From Dipteris shenzhenensis (Eukaryota), in the NCBI GenBank assembly GCA_047967505.1, contig CM106538.1: a stretch of 64,000 nucleotides of DNA; one strand, given 5' to 3'. This document shows, in pieces, positions 12,429 to 24,035 of this stretch. A model generated the notes under the pieces. The model saw only the letters and a program-made list of their open reading frames with translations. It was not told the origin of the DNA and did not search any database. Position numbers and translations under genes: made by a program. Within the stretch, counting starts at the first letter, position 1, and every line of letters starts with the position of its first letter.

Positions 12429-15400
12429 TGACACGACCCGAGCACTCCTGAAACCTCTGACCTGCAAACAAACACAAGAACACACCAAACATGAGGAATG
12501 TGAGCAGGCTGATCACCACCCAACCATGACACCTATGGGATACGATCTCGAATCAGGAGATGTCCCCTTCGAGCCACGAGCTACTGGCACGAACTCCCAC
12601 CAGATCCTGACCAGCCTGGTGTCCCATACCACCAGGAGGTGCCTAGAGGCCTTGGATTTGCTGCTGGGCCTTGGGCTACGCTAAGATGGAGGCCCACGTC
12701 CGCGACTCAATCCAGGATCAGACCTAGCACTAGGGAACTAGACTTGCTCCCATCGGCTCACAGAAAACTAAACCACTAGGCTCCTTATATAGACTCCGGC
12801 CCAATGCGCCAAAAGTAGCGAAGAACCACCCTAACTTGTTCGTCCCCTTGCCACTCAACCCGAGAATCAAGCCTGCCTAGCCCTAAGCCTTCCTAGGCTA
12901 CCTGAGCTAGTCTTGTGTACCCCAGTACATGTCAGATACTAATCCGTGCACATGACATACTTCCCCTCCTCTAAGAACTCACTCCTGAGATTGCTAGAAA
13001 ACCCAGGAATGTCCTCTAGAGGTTAGGTAATGTCTCTCATGTTGTGTTCTCCTCAACACGATCCTTCCACTTGATCTTGTATTCCGTGATAATTCTATTT
13101 CGAATCTGTCGTTCACGAAATTCAAGAATACTCTTAGGTTCGTGTGGAATAAAAGTCAAATCTGTAACTTCTATTATTTCTTGAGGAGAAACAAGTTGAT
13201 CATCAGCACCTAGTAACTCTTTTAGTCTACTGACATGAAAAATTGGATGTACTTTAACGTCAGGAGGTAATTCTAGTTTATATGCAACTGGTCCAATTCT
13301 TTTAATAATCTTGAACAGACCGCATTATCTGGGGGATAATTTTGGAACCAAACCAGTACTTAAGCTCTTGGATTCCTTGGGATTACGTAAATATACCATC
13401 GTCCCTTCAGAGTACTCTCTGGGTGAACGATGTCTATTAGCATAAAATCTGTCCCGGTCTTGGGCATTTCTGATAGACTCCTTCGCAAACTACAACATTT
13501 CCTGCATGTCTTGCAAGAATGTCCTTGCACCATCATTTTGAATTCCCTTGAACCCAACGATAACTTGTGACTTAGGTTGAAACCCGTACATAAGTATAAA
13601 GGACTGTAACCAGTACTTGAATGCGTTGCACTGTTATAAGCGAATTCTATCATGGGGAGATAATCTTCCCATGAAGACCGTCTCTTAGAAACATATGCCC
13701 GAAGCATATCTTCAACCAATTGGTTCTCTGTACTGCCATCAGATTGTGCATGATATGAGGAACTCATACTTAGAGTAGTTTCCAAGTTCTCAAAAACAAG
13801 TGTCCAAAAGTTACTTGTAAACTAGAGTCCCTATCAATGACTATGTCGGAAGGTAAACCATATAGCTTAAACAATTGGTCCACAAACTCGTGAGCTAACT
13901 GAACAACTGATATGGTGGATCTAGTAGGTAAGAATCTAGCCATCTTTGTCAGATGGTCAATATGACCCAAATGGAGTCATGACCCTTGCTCCTTGGAGGC
14001 AAACCCGCAATAAAGTCCATGGAAATACTTTCTCATTTATTACTAGGAATTTGCAACAGTTGTAATAAACCCGCACTTCTAAGGCGTTCTGCCTTAGTAA
14101 CTTGACAAACTCGACAACTTCCCACATAGTTTTCAATAAATGCACGCATCTTAGGCCAATAAAAGGTATGTTTCACAAGAGACAGAGTCCAGTATACTTG
14201 GATGTCCAGCACTAGGAGCATCATGACACTCCCAGAGAATTTTGGATCGAAGATCCGAAACATTTGGCACACAGTCTTTTCCATTCCGGAACAGCAAGCC
14301 GTTCCTAATCAGCCACTGACCTCCCGCTGCCTGTACCGTAGGTGGCACAATCCTTGAGTCCTGGTCAACAACCATGGAGCTCCCATCTTGGACCTTCTGC
14401 CAATAAGAACTAAAACGACTATCAGTTGCGCAAAGCCCTCTCAAGGATTGAAATAGGTACGAGGATATTTCCGTAAATGACATAGAATTTACAAACTTGA
14501 GTTGACTTAAGGCATCCGCCACATTGTTTACGAAACCCTTTCGATAACATATTTTAAAATCAAAATCTTGCATTAACTCTGCCAATTTGGCCTTTCTTCC
14601 CCTCAATTTTGACCCTTCACACACATATATATACCTTCACACACATACTTGATTGATTGATGATCTGTCAATACAAGAAACTTGGAACCATACAAATAGT
14701 GTCTCCAAACCTTTAGAGCATACACAACTGCATATAGTTCTTTTTCTAGTGTGGGCCAACAATATTGGGTGTTGTCTATCTTTTTACTTTCAAAAGCTAT
14801 AGGTGTGCCCTCCCCAATCGCAAAATCACTCGCATCGGCCTCTAAAACATAAGGCCGGTTAGGATCGGGTAATGCAAGAACAGGAGCTTCCTTGTGATAG
14901 TTAGCTTCAAGGTTTCAAAAGCCTTGTTCAATGCATCATTCCAAGAGATCGGCTGGGTAGACCTGCATCCACGACCTTTCAATATGTTGGTCAAGGGTGT
15001 CGTGATGTGCAAATAATCACGCACAGACTTCCGTAGAAAGAACATAAATACTAGGAAAGAACGAAGTTGTTTCACAGTCTGAGGGATGGGCCATTCCAAA
15101 ACCTTCTCGATATGATCTAGATCAATGCTAATACCTTTAGAAGAAATCTTGTGTCCTATGTAAATGATCTTCTTCATAAGAAGTCACATTTACTCATCTT
15201 GGCATAGAGCTTATGGTGTCTGAAAATAACTAAGGCAATCCAGAGGTGTCCAATGTGATCCTGTAGCGATTGGCTATATAGCAAGATGTCATCTAAGAAC
15301 ACGACAATAAATTTGCTCAAATAATCTTTGAACAAATCGTTCATCATTTGTTGAAAGATAGCGGGAGCATTGGTCAAACCAAAAGGTAATACGAGAAACT

Positions 15401-18400
15401 CGTAGTGGCCATACCTAGTTCGGAAAGCAGTTCTATCTATGTGTTTAGCATAGATATGGATTTGGTGGTAACCCGTATGCAAATCAATCTTAGTGAAGTA
15501 CTTCACTCTAGCCATTTCATCTAAACGAGAAAGAGGGTATGCATTCTTAATCGTTAATTTATTGAATCGTTTATAATCTACACACATTCTCCATGAACCA
15601 TCTTTCTTCTTTCTTAAGAGGACAAGTGCACCCCAGGGTGATTTACTTGGGCGAATATAGCCCATAATCAGATAATCTTGTAGTTGTGAAGCTAACTCGT
15701 CCTCCTCGAGTTGGCTCATTCCTATAAGGTGGAATACTAATAGGTTGAGTCCGAGGTACTAAATCTATGCGATGATCTACTGCTCGTTCTAGAGGTAAAC
15801 CTTCCGGCAGTTGAACAGGAAATACATCCATGAAATCATCTAACAACGATCTTAATTCACGGTGTTCAAACACACTTAGATAATTTTTGTTATTAACAGA
15901 GACAACAAATGAAGAAAGCGCAATCAAAACACACTTATACACATCATAATGAGAAGTGTATTATATTTCAAAGCAACATCTCAGAAACAATAGGTCCTTG
16001 AGAAGAGGGAATATTATCACATTGAATACAAGATTGAGTGTCCTTGTCCAAAAAATAGAGTGTATGATCTTTCCATCCAATCCAAATATTGTGGGTTTTA
16101 AACCACTCTATTCCGATTAACAAGTCCACACGTTCCAAGTACATGACATAGCACGTAAGAGCATTTGTGTAGTCTTGGATCCGGATAGAAAGTTCGTCGA
16201 TCTTACGATCCCCAAATTGCTTCCCAGCTTGAAGCTGCACCTTGTAGGTGTGATCGCTAGGTGTCGTGGAAAGCCTTATCCCCTGCAAAAGTTTGTAGTT
16301 CACAAAATTGTGAGAGTTGTTTGGGTGAAAGAGAATGTGAACTCTTTCGTCCCTTACTTCTCCATAAGCTCGGAAAAGGTCATGGGGGCCAAATAACGAA
16401 TTATTAAAAGTGCAATTACAAGAAAGTGGGCAGGTAATGACATTTACAGAAATACCTGTCATCGATGCTTGGTTAGCTCCTTAGCTTTGGTTCCTTGTCT
16501 TGCATGGAGATTTGGTCTCGGCACTTGCATCTGGTTCTTGTGCTTAGGACTATTATTGTGTGTGTGGCCCCGCTCCTCGCAAATGAAACAACATCTTTCT
16601 TTCTTTAACTTCAAGGTGTGTAGGAAACGGGCTCGATCATTCTTCGTGCGTTGTCAACTGACTTTGACTCCCCGGTACCCGCTGTTGACGGGAAGAACTT
16701 CCTCTTGTTCTTCTCGCTCGTGTCGGCAGTAGTGGTTCCCTTTGCAGTGGCCATAGTATCATCATAGACGCGCGCATAGTTTATGGCCTCTTGCAAAGTG
16801 GTACACTTATTGTTCTTGATCTGAAGCTTATACGAGTCAGGCAAACCATCCACCAAGAACCCCAACAAGGTGACGGGATCCATCTTTGTAGCTCTAGTCT
16901 GCAAATCAAGAAACTTCTGAAGATAGATGTCAAAAGTCAAATTCAGCTTGGACATATCGAGGGCCTTGAGCTTGCCTACGATATCATAGGTTCTCCTCCT
17001 TCAGAAACTCTTTCCTGAAGACCTCTTCAAATTCGATCCATGTGGAAGGCTTCGGTCTGAGTTCCTTCCACCACAATAAAACCTTCACTGATAAATACCT
17101 TGCTGCAAGTTGCATCTTCTTCTCATCGGGATAAGGGTGAAACTGGAAGTGTACCTGCCACTTGTGCAACAAAGTGTCAACCACCTCCTTGGTCTTGGAT
17201 TTCTAATCTCCGGGATAGGGATCTGGTGTAATATTCGGGTCCAGCACTGAAGCCAAAGCATTCACATGCGTGAGCGCTTGAACAATGTTGGTCAAAAGCG
17301 TGATAGAAGCCTGAATCCCTTGGAGTTGTTGTGTCAACCTCGTTTGATTCGCATTAACGAGCTCAAACTTCGCATCGAGAGCTGTGGTGAATTCACTAAA
17401 GGCAGTCTTCGTAATCAAATCATCGTAGAGGCCCCAGTTGTCCCCTTCGTGGTAATCCATATCTTGATCACTCTCTTTAAGTCTGGGTTCAACAGAATCA
17501 GCCATAACCGAACTAGATTTGCTAAAGAGAGTAGTCTAGAGAGGAGAAGCAATAGGTGGCCTCGGAGCTAGGAGACTGGAATGGAATGGAAGCTTGCCAT
17601 GAGGGTAGGAGATAACGAAGCAAGAGCAAGGCTGGCTAAGGAGAAGAAAGGCTAATTCTGAGCTAAGCCGAGTTGATGAACAACCGACCCCCCCCCCCCG
17701 GGCGGCCGATCCTGGCTAACGAATCGCAACGGTGATGGAAGCTATTCCGTATGGTCATCTACAACAGGCCGTACCAGGTGATGGGATCTGAACAGAGTGG
17801 CGTGAAGGGGTCTCACATGTGCGCAATTGACGAGTTGGTGTAGGGATGCAATCCCGCCAGGCTATAACGCGTGTGGCCCAAGCTTTTAGAAAGCCCACCC
17901 TCCTAACTTGGAGGGGCTGGTGCTTTTCTTAGCTTCCAAGCCCCCCGAGAACAGCTCAGTCCAAGTCGCGACCCTGCTCAGCCCATAGCACACCTCTCCA
18001 TGCTCTCCTTCTTCGCGCCATCTCGTTTTCTACGCAGCCAGATAGGTGCACGGGGTCTCTTGGATTCCGCTTAGCCTTGTGCCTTTCTAACAGCTCCTCT
18101 CGCACCTATCCTCTGACCCTAAGCACTCCCTCCTAACTACACACCTCTCTCTCTCTCTCTCTCTTTCTCTTAGACCTTCCACATCTAGCAGCGAATTCAC
18201 CTCTTTTTGTTCTCTCGCGTTCCTTCCATCCCACTCCAGGACCAACAGCCCTATTTGATGAACCAACAAGCACTTGTAGGGCATCACTTTGAATTTCGAG
18301 TTTGAGACATACCTGGAGGAAATCACGTCCAATCTCACTCGTAACGGAGATTCATACCTCAGGAGTTGGCTCTGATACCAACTGACACGACCCTAGCACT

Positions 18401-18826
18401 CCTGAAACCTCTGACCTGCAAACATACACAAGAACACACCAAACGTGAGGAATCTGAGCAAGCTGCTCACCACCCAACCATTACACCTACTAGATACGAT
18501 CCCGAAGCAGGAGATGTCCCCTCCGAGCCACGAGCTGAGCTATTGGCACGAACTCCCAACCAGATCTCGACCAGCCTGGTGTCCCATACCACAAGGAGGC
18601 GCCTAGAGGCCTTGGATCTGCTGTTGGGCCTTGGGCTACGCTAAGATGTAGGCGTGCGTCCACGACTCAATCCAGGATCAGACCTAGCTCTAGGGAACTA
18701 GACTTGCTCCCATCGGCTCACTGAAAATTGAACCCCTGGGCCTGCCTAACCCTAAGCCTCCCCAGGCTACCTAAGCTAGTCTTGTGTACCCTAGTACACG
18801 TCAGATACTAATCCGTGCACATGACA
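12429..18826 (-). mobile_element. Decayed Ty3/gypsy chromovirus-type LTR retrotransposon
   Basis: LTRs at 12429-12957 and 18383-18826 (TGACACGACC...CATGACA on +). PBS reverse complement at 18369-18380 and PPT reverse complement at about 12961-12972. Domain order gag-PR-RT (WRMCVDY, VFLDDIL)-RH-INT plus a chromodomain remnant (YKIKWK, about 13020-13150). No matching TSD. Confidence 0.9.
12990..17505 (-). pseudogene. Fragmented gypsy gag-pol
   Basis: Successive frameshifted ORFs 17505-17203, 17184-16984, 16955-16611, 16462-15968, 15942-15174, 15177-14842 and 14624-13360 carry gypsy motifs (RPSKSPWG, TAFRTRYGHYEF, ECHDAPSAGH). Confidence 0.88.
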
Positions 18827-18890
18827 CTGAGGGGGGGCAGAACTAAGCCCAGTGATAGGAGAGAGAGAGAGAGAGAGGGAGAGAGAGAGA

Positions 18891-18921
<31 letters not shown>

Positions 18922-18948
18922 GATATGATGTGATATGACTGTATTAAA

Positions 18949-19943
18949 GTCCCCTTCGTGGTAATCCATATCTTGATCACTCTCTTTAAGTCTGGGTTCA
19001 ACAGAATCAGCCATAACCGAACTAGATTTGCTAAAGAGAGTAGTCTAGAGAGGAGAAGCAATAGGTGGCCTCGGAGCTAGGAGACTGGAATGGAATGGAA
19101 GCTTGCCATGAGGGTAGGAGATAACGAAGCAAGAGCAAGGCTGGCTAAGGAGAAGAAAGGCTAGCCTTGTGCCTTTCTAACAGCTCCTCTCGCACCTATC
19201 CTCTGACCCTAAGCACTCCCTCCTAACTACACACCTCTCTCTCTCTCTCTCTCTTTCTCTTAGACCTTCCACATCTAGCAGCGAATTCACCTCTTTTTGT
19301 TCTCTCGCGTTCCTTCCATCCCACTCCAGGACCAACAGCCCTATTTGATGAACCAACAAGCACTTGTAGGGCATCACTTTGAATTTCGAGTTTGAGACAT
19401 ACCTGGAGGAAATCACGTCCAATCTCACTCGTAACGGAGATTCATACCTCAGGAGTTGGCTCTGATACCAACTGACACGACCCTAGCACTCCTGAAACCT
19501 CTGACCTGCAAACATACACAAGAACACACCAAACGTGAGGAATCTGAGCAAGCTGCTCACCACCCAACCATTACACCTACTAGATACGATCCCGAAGCAG
19601 GAGATGTCCCCTCCGAGCCACGAGCTGAGCTATTGGCACGAACTCCCAACCAGATCTCGACCAGCCTGGTGTCCCATACCACAAGGAGGCGCCTAGAGGC
19701 CTTGGATCTGCTGTTGGGCCTTGGGCTACGCTAAGATGTAGGCGTGCGTCCACGACTCAATCCAGGATCAGACCTAGCTCTAGGGAACTAGACTTGCTCC
19801 CATCGGCTCACTGAAAATTGAACCCCTGGGCCTGCCTAACCCTAAGCCTCCCCAGGCTACCTAAGCTAGTCTTGTGTACCCTAGTACACGTCAGATACTA
19901 ATCCGTGCACATGACACTGAGGGGGGGCAGAACTAAGCCCGGT

Positions 19944-19992
<49 letters not shown>

Positions 19993-20019
19993 ATGATGTG
20001 ATATGACTGTATTAAAGTC
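18949..20019. repeat. Near-identical tandem duplication of 17440-18951 with an internal deletion; contains a third gypsy LTR at 19473-19916
   Basis: 18949-19163 matches 17440-17654 and 19162-20019 matches 18072-18951. Only one substitution and (GA)n variation seen. Confidence 0.9.
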
Positions 20020-20457
20020 TTCTTGAGACCCTTCGGATCTATGGGATTGGTGACCACTATCAACAAATAGTGATCTTTTACATCCATTGAAAGAAAATAC
20101 TATAAGACTTGCTTTGGGCTAGCTTGTATGCTAGTCTCAGTACCTTGTTGCGGTGTTCCAAAACTTACTTTAGATAGCCTCCCAGCTTTGTAGCCGGCTT
20201 CTAGAATAGATTTTTTCTGGTTGCCTTTGTTGTCATCATACTTTTCTTTGATGTGTGCAAAGGCCCGACATCTTAGGAATACATGCTGCTCATTTTCCTT
20301 CTCCCTTGTGGGGAAGATTTTACATATTCTTTCTTCTCTCAGGACCTTAGGTCTTGCCCACCTTCCCTTCTCAATGATTGCTAATTTCAAGGCATTCAAG
20401 GTAAGTTATAAGACTCATGGCTAGTCCATTAGCGCTTGCCATTTTTGGATTAACTAC
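19990..20457 (-). mobile_element. 3' end of an RTE-like LINE
   Basis: ERICKI...ENEQHVFLRC..F..I C-terminal motif, followed by a 3' UTR resembling the ends at 43150 and 47860. Confidence 0.6.
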
Positions 20458-23176
20458 TGTTGGGGTAAAGGCACATTGCCACCCCTTTATTAAAGATATG
20501 ACACCTATGACTGTCTTAAGACAGTCATAGGGTGAAAAACCTAATCCTAATAAAACCTATGAGTTTGTGGTGTGGCTCATCACTTCACACCCGCATCTTT
20601 TGTGTCACCTCTCTCTCTCACTCTCTCCCCGTTGTACTTCTCCCTCACTCTTTCCCTCTCAACTGGTATCAGAGCCAGCCTCACTTCCTCCCTACCCCTG
20701 CCTACCTCTCCCTCTACCCCCCTCGGGACTCGTGCCCTTGGCATTGTGCAAGCAGCTCGGGCTACAGCGGGATAGCGAGGGCAGCAGCGCGGGCTACAGC
20801 GGGGCAGCGCGGGACAGCAACGCGGGGCAACGAGGGCATAGCGCGGGCAGCTGCAGCGGCAGTGCAGGGCATCAGCGCGGGTTGCAGCGGGGTAGCGCGG
20901 GCAGTAGCAAGGGCGCAGCGCGGGCTGCAGCAGGGCGGCGTCGAGCAGCGCCATCAGCAGCTAGCTGCTGCTAGCTCAGGGCCTCGAACAGGGCGGCGCG
21001 TGTACGGACGTACGGCCGTTCGTACCGCCGTACGGACTCCGTACAGGCGTCCGTACTGTACGGACGCTGCCGTACGTACAGGAACCTGCGTCAGAAACTT
21101 TCGTCAGGGAGTAGCATCAGAGAAGGGCATTTCAAAAATTTTTTTTTTCTCTCTCTGTTCTGGGATTTCGTACCCTGCACATGTACACAGGTACAGCAGG
21201 TACAGTGCTGCCAGTACACAGGTACAGCAAGTACAACACTTTTTCTTTGGGGAAAGAAGGCAAAGAGAGAGCATTCCCGGCTGTTCAGTCCTTCAAACTG
21301 TGTTTTTGAGGTACAGCAAGTACACTCTTGTCCCTCGTGCTTGAGGTGACTAGTACCACAGTGTGTGGTGGTTGCACAGTTATCTTGTTTCGGGAAGGTA
21401 ATGCCTTGATTTTGCAGAGGATTTTTTATGCTTTTGCTGAGTGCAAATCTCAGCTTTTGGGTGACATTTTCAAAGGGCTTTTGCCTGGAAGCTTACGCAG
21501 TGTATGCCTTGAGGCAGTGTGGAGCTAGGGAGCCCACATTGGTCTTGTTTCCGCAGTGTATTCAGTGACATTTCTGCAGGTCACATTTTGTGTACGACAC
21601 CTTGGAAAATCTCAGTTGAGCCACGCTTGGCCAGGGCGCATCGAGTTTACTCCCCTAACTGTCCATCGTTGACGGTGCTCAAAAGATTTTCTCTTCAGTG
21701 TTTGTACTTTGGGATCTGTGTTGTTATTGTGTACACAGGGCTGTTTATGCATTGCATTGTCAGGTGAAAGTGCCAGGAGAGCGCTGTATTTTATATGCTA
21801 CCTCAGTGTTGAGGTGTTTTTCACTTGGTACAGGTGTCAAATCAAGGGGCTTTTGCCCAGATTTTGCTTGAGAGCACTTGGGTTACTGTTTGAGACCTTC
21901 AGATGCCTTTTATCCCCTTGGCAGAAGGGTGATTGCTTGGGATTTGTCCCATTTTCTGTTGCAGGTTTGTGACAGGCTGAAGTGTCTGGAGCTTTTTTTT
22001 GGTGAACAAACCAGTGTATGACAAGTGGTTTATGCATATAAAATCAGTGCAATACCTCATCTGAGGTGGGAGAAGTGATCAGGACAGCAGTGTTTTGTGC
22101 TTCGTCAGCTGATGATGCACTGTTAAAGCACTTGTGGAACAGCTGCAGCATTCTGAAATTACTGTTTTATGCCTATTTGAGCACGGTACAGTGTGTCAGA
22201 AGGTACAATAACTGAAGGAAATCTTTTCTGTTTTGCTGCAGATTTTTGACAGTAAAAACAGCACTATTGTGAGTGCTCCTGACTCTTGATAGAGCAGGTT
22301 TTTTCTGAGAAATCAGAATTTTATTCAGTCTCTTTTGACTTACAGGGAGTCAGGTACTTTCCTTATCTAATATGGCATCAGGGGGAAGTGAATCATCAAT
22401 TCTGAACATAAAGAAGTTGGAAGGGGCACACAATTATGCATTATGGGCAGAACAGTGTTTGAATGTACTTCTGCTTAAGAAGATTTCTAAGCCCATAAGG
22501 GTGAAGGGTGGTCAAGCCATCTGGGATGTCAGATGATGAGTGGGAGGAGCTAGATTTGTCCGCGAGGGCTGCTATCATGCTTACTCTCAGTGATTCTCTT
22601 GTGTATAATGTTCAGGCTGAAAAGACCTCTTATGGCGTATGGCAGAGGCTAGCAGAGTTGTATGCCCAGAAGAGTTCAGCTAGTAAGGTGTACTGGTTGA
22701 AGAAGCTGGTTGATCTTCGCATGAAGGAAGGTACAGCTATGACCTCACACTTGAGTGAGTTCAATGCCATCTTTACACAGCTGATTGCACAGGGGTTGAA
22801 CCTTGATGAGGAGTTCAAGGCTACTTTCTTGTTGTGTACCCTCCCTGAGAGTTGGGACACTTTCAAGACCACCCTGTCTAATTCAAATGTCACTCTTATA
22901 TATGCTGATGTAGAGAGCTCTCTCCTCATGGAGGAGATGAGCAGGAAGAATAATGCGGGTAGCAAGTCTTCAAATGCTTTGCAGGTACAGGAAAGAGGCA
23001 GGACTCAGCAAAAGGGTTACTAATTAGCAACACAAGAAATTTTCTATTGTCGGTAGACTGAGGATTTTTTTCATGTGCTAGGACTAGTACTTTAGACCAC
23101 ACTGCACACATGGCACAATCATTGTTTCAGAACTACAATAAGCATGGTGGTTGTTATTCCAACCGCTAGGCTTAGA

Positions 23177-23182
<6 letters not shown>

Positions 23183-23227
<45 letters not shown>

Positions 23228-23276
23228 GTGCGCTCCCTCCCTCCCTCCCGCTCCCTACCTCCCTCCCTCTCTCCTC

Positions 23277-23312
<36 letters not shown>

Positions 23313-23358
23313 CCCCCCCCGCTCCCTCGCTCCCTCCCTCCCTCCCTCTCTCCCCTTA

Positions 23359-23402
<44 letters not shown>

Positions 23403-23441
23403 CCCCTCCAAAAAAAAACTATATATATATATATATATATA
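23183..23441. repeat. Compound (CT)n/(CCCT)n/(AT)n microsatellite
   Basis: Directly visible. Confidence 0.9.
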
Positions 23442-23834
23442 ATCATAAGATGCAAATGAAAATTAACCAGCATAATGCCAAATTTAAGCACTGCAAGTCT
23501 GACTACTGACCTTCATTAAGTCAAGCATGTGTATGATGTGTTATGTGTGCTTCTTGCATCCCCTTTGTAGCCTATAAATGTTCTTCTTATTTGGATAAAT
23601 TCTCATGTAATTGTGCTAGAAAAATGTCACTGTAGTGATGACTTCCTCACTTCCTCTTTTTGTAGCTAGCTAATCTAAGGTAAGCACCCTTGGAAGAGTG
23701 CACACTTGATGAATCCTTAGGTGCATGGTAAATCTTCTAAGGACATGAGCCTATTAATTCCCCAAAGGACTTGATGTTGTTGCCTCAAAACCAAAGCTCG
23801 TGTTCTACATTTTAATGGCACTACTCGAATGGGT

Positions 23835-24035
23835 GCATCTACTTCCTTTGAGGCTAGACGCTATGTAAGGAGGCATTTTTCCAAGCATCTACTGCCTTTG
23901 AGGCTAGTCGCTATGTAAGGAGGCATTTTTCTAGGCATTGTCTCTCCCTCTACATCTATGCATCTACTGCCTCTGAGGCTAGTCGCTATGTAAGGAGGCA
24001 TTTTTCCAGGCATTGTCTCTCTCTCTCTACATTCA
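23835..24035. repeat. Three-copy tandem repeat with 50-75 bp units
   Basis: GCATCTACTKCCTYTGAGGCTAGWCGCTATGTAAGGAGGCATTTTT at 23835, 23885 and 23960. Confidence 0.85.

Noticed and set aside
20532-21344. Extra ORF (env-like or accessory) in the copia B leader
   Set aside because: It starts inside the LTR at a non-ATG codon, is low complexity, and is not conserved as a frame in sister A.
23144-23509. SL/ER-rich ORFs
   Set aside because: Microsatellite translations.
23835-24035. Regularly recurring about 46-bp repeat resembling a CRISPR array
   Set aside because: Only three copies, the intervening sequences are not unique spacers, there are no cas genes, and the context is a eukaryotic intron.
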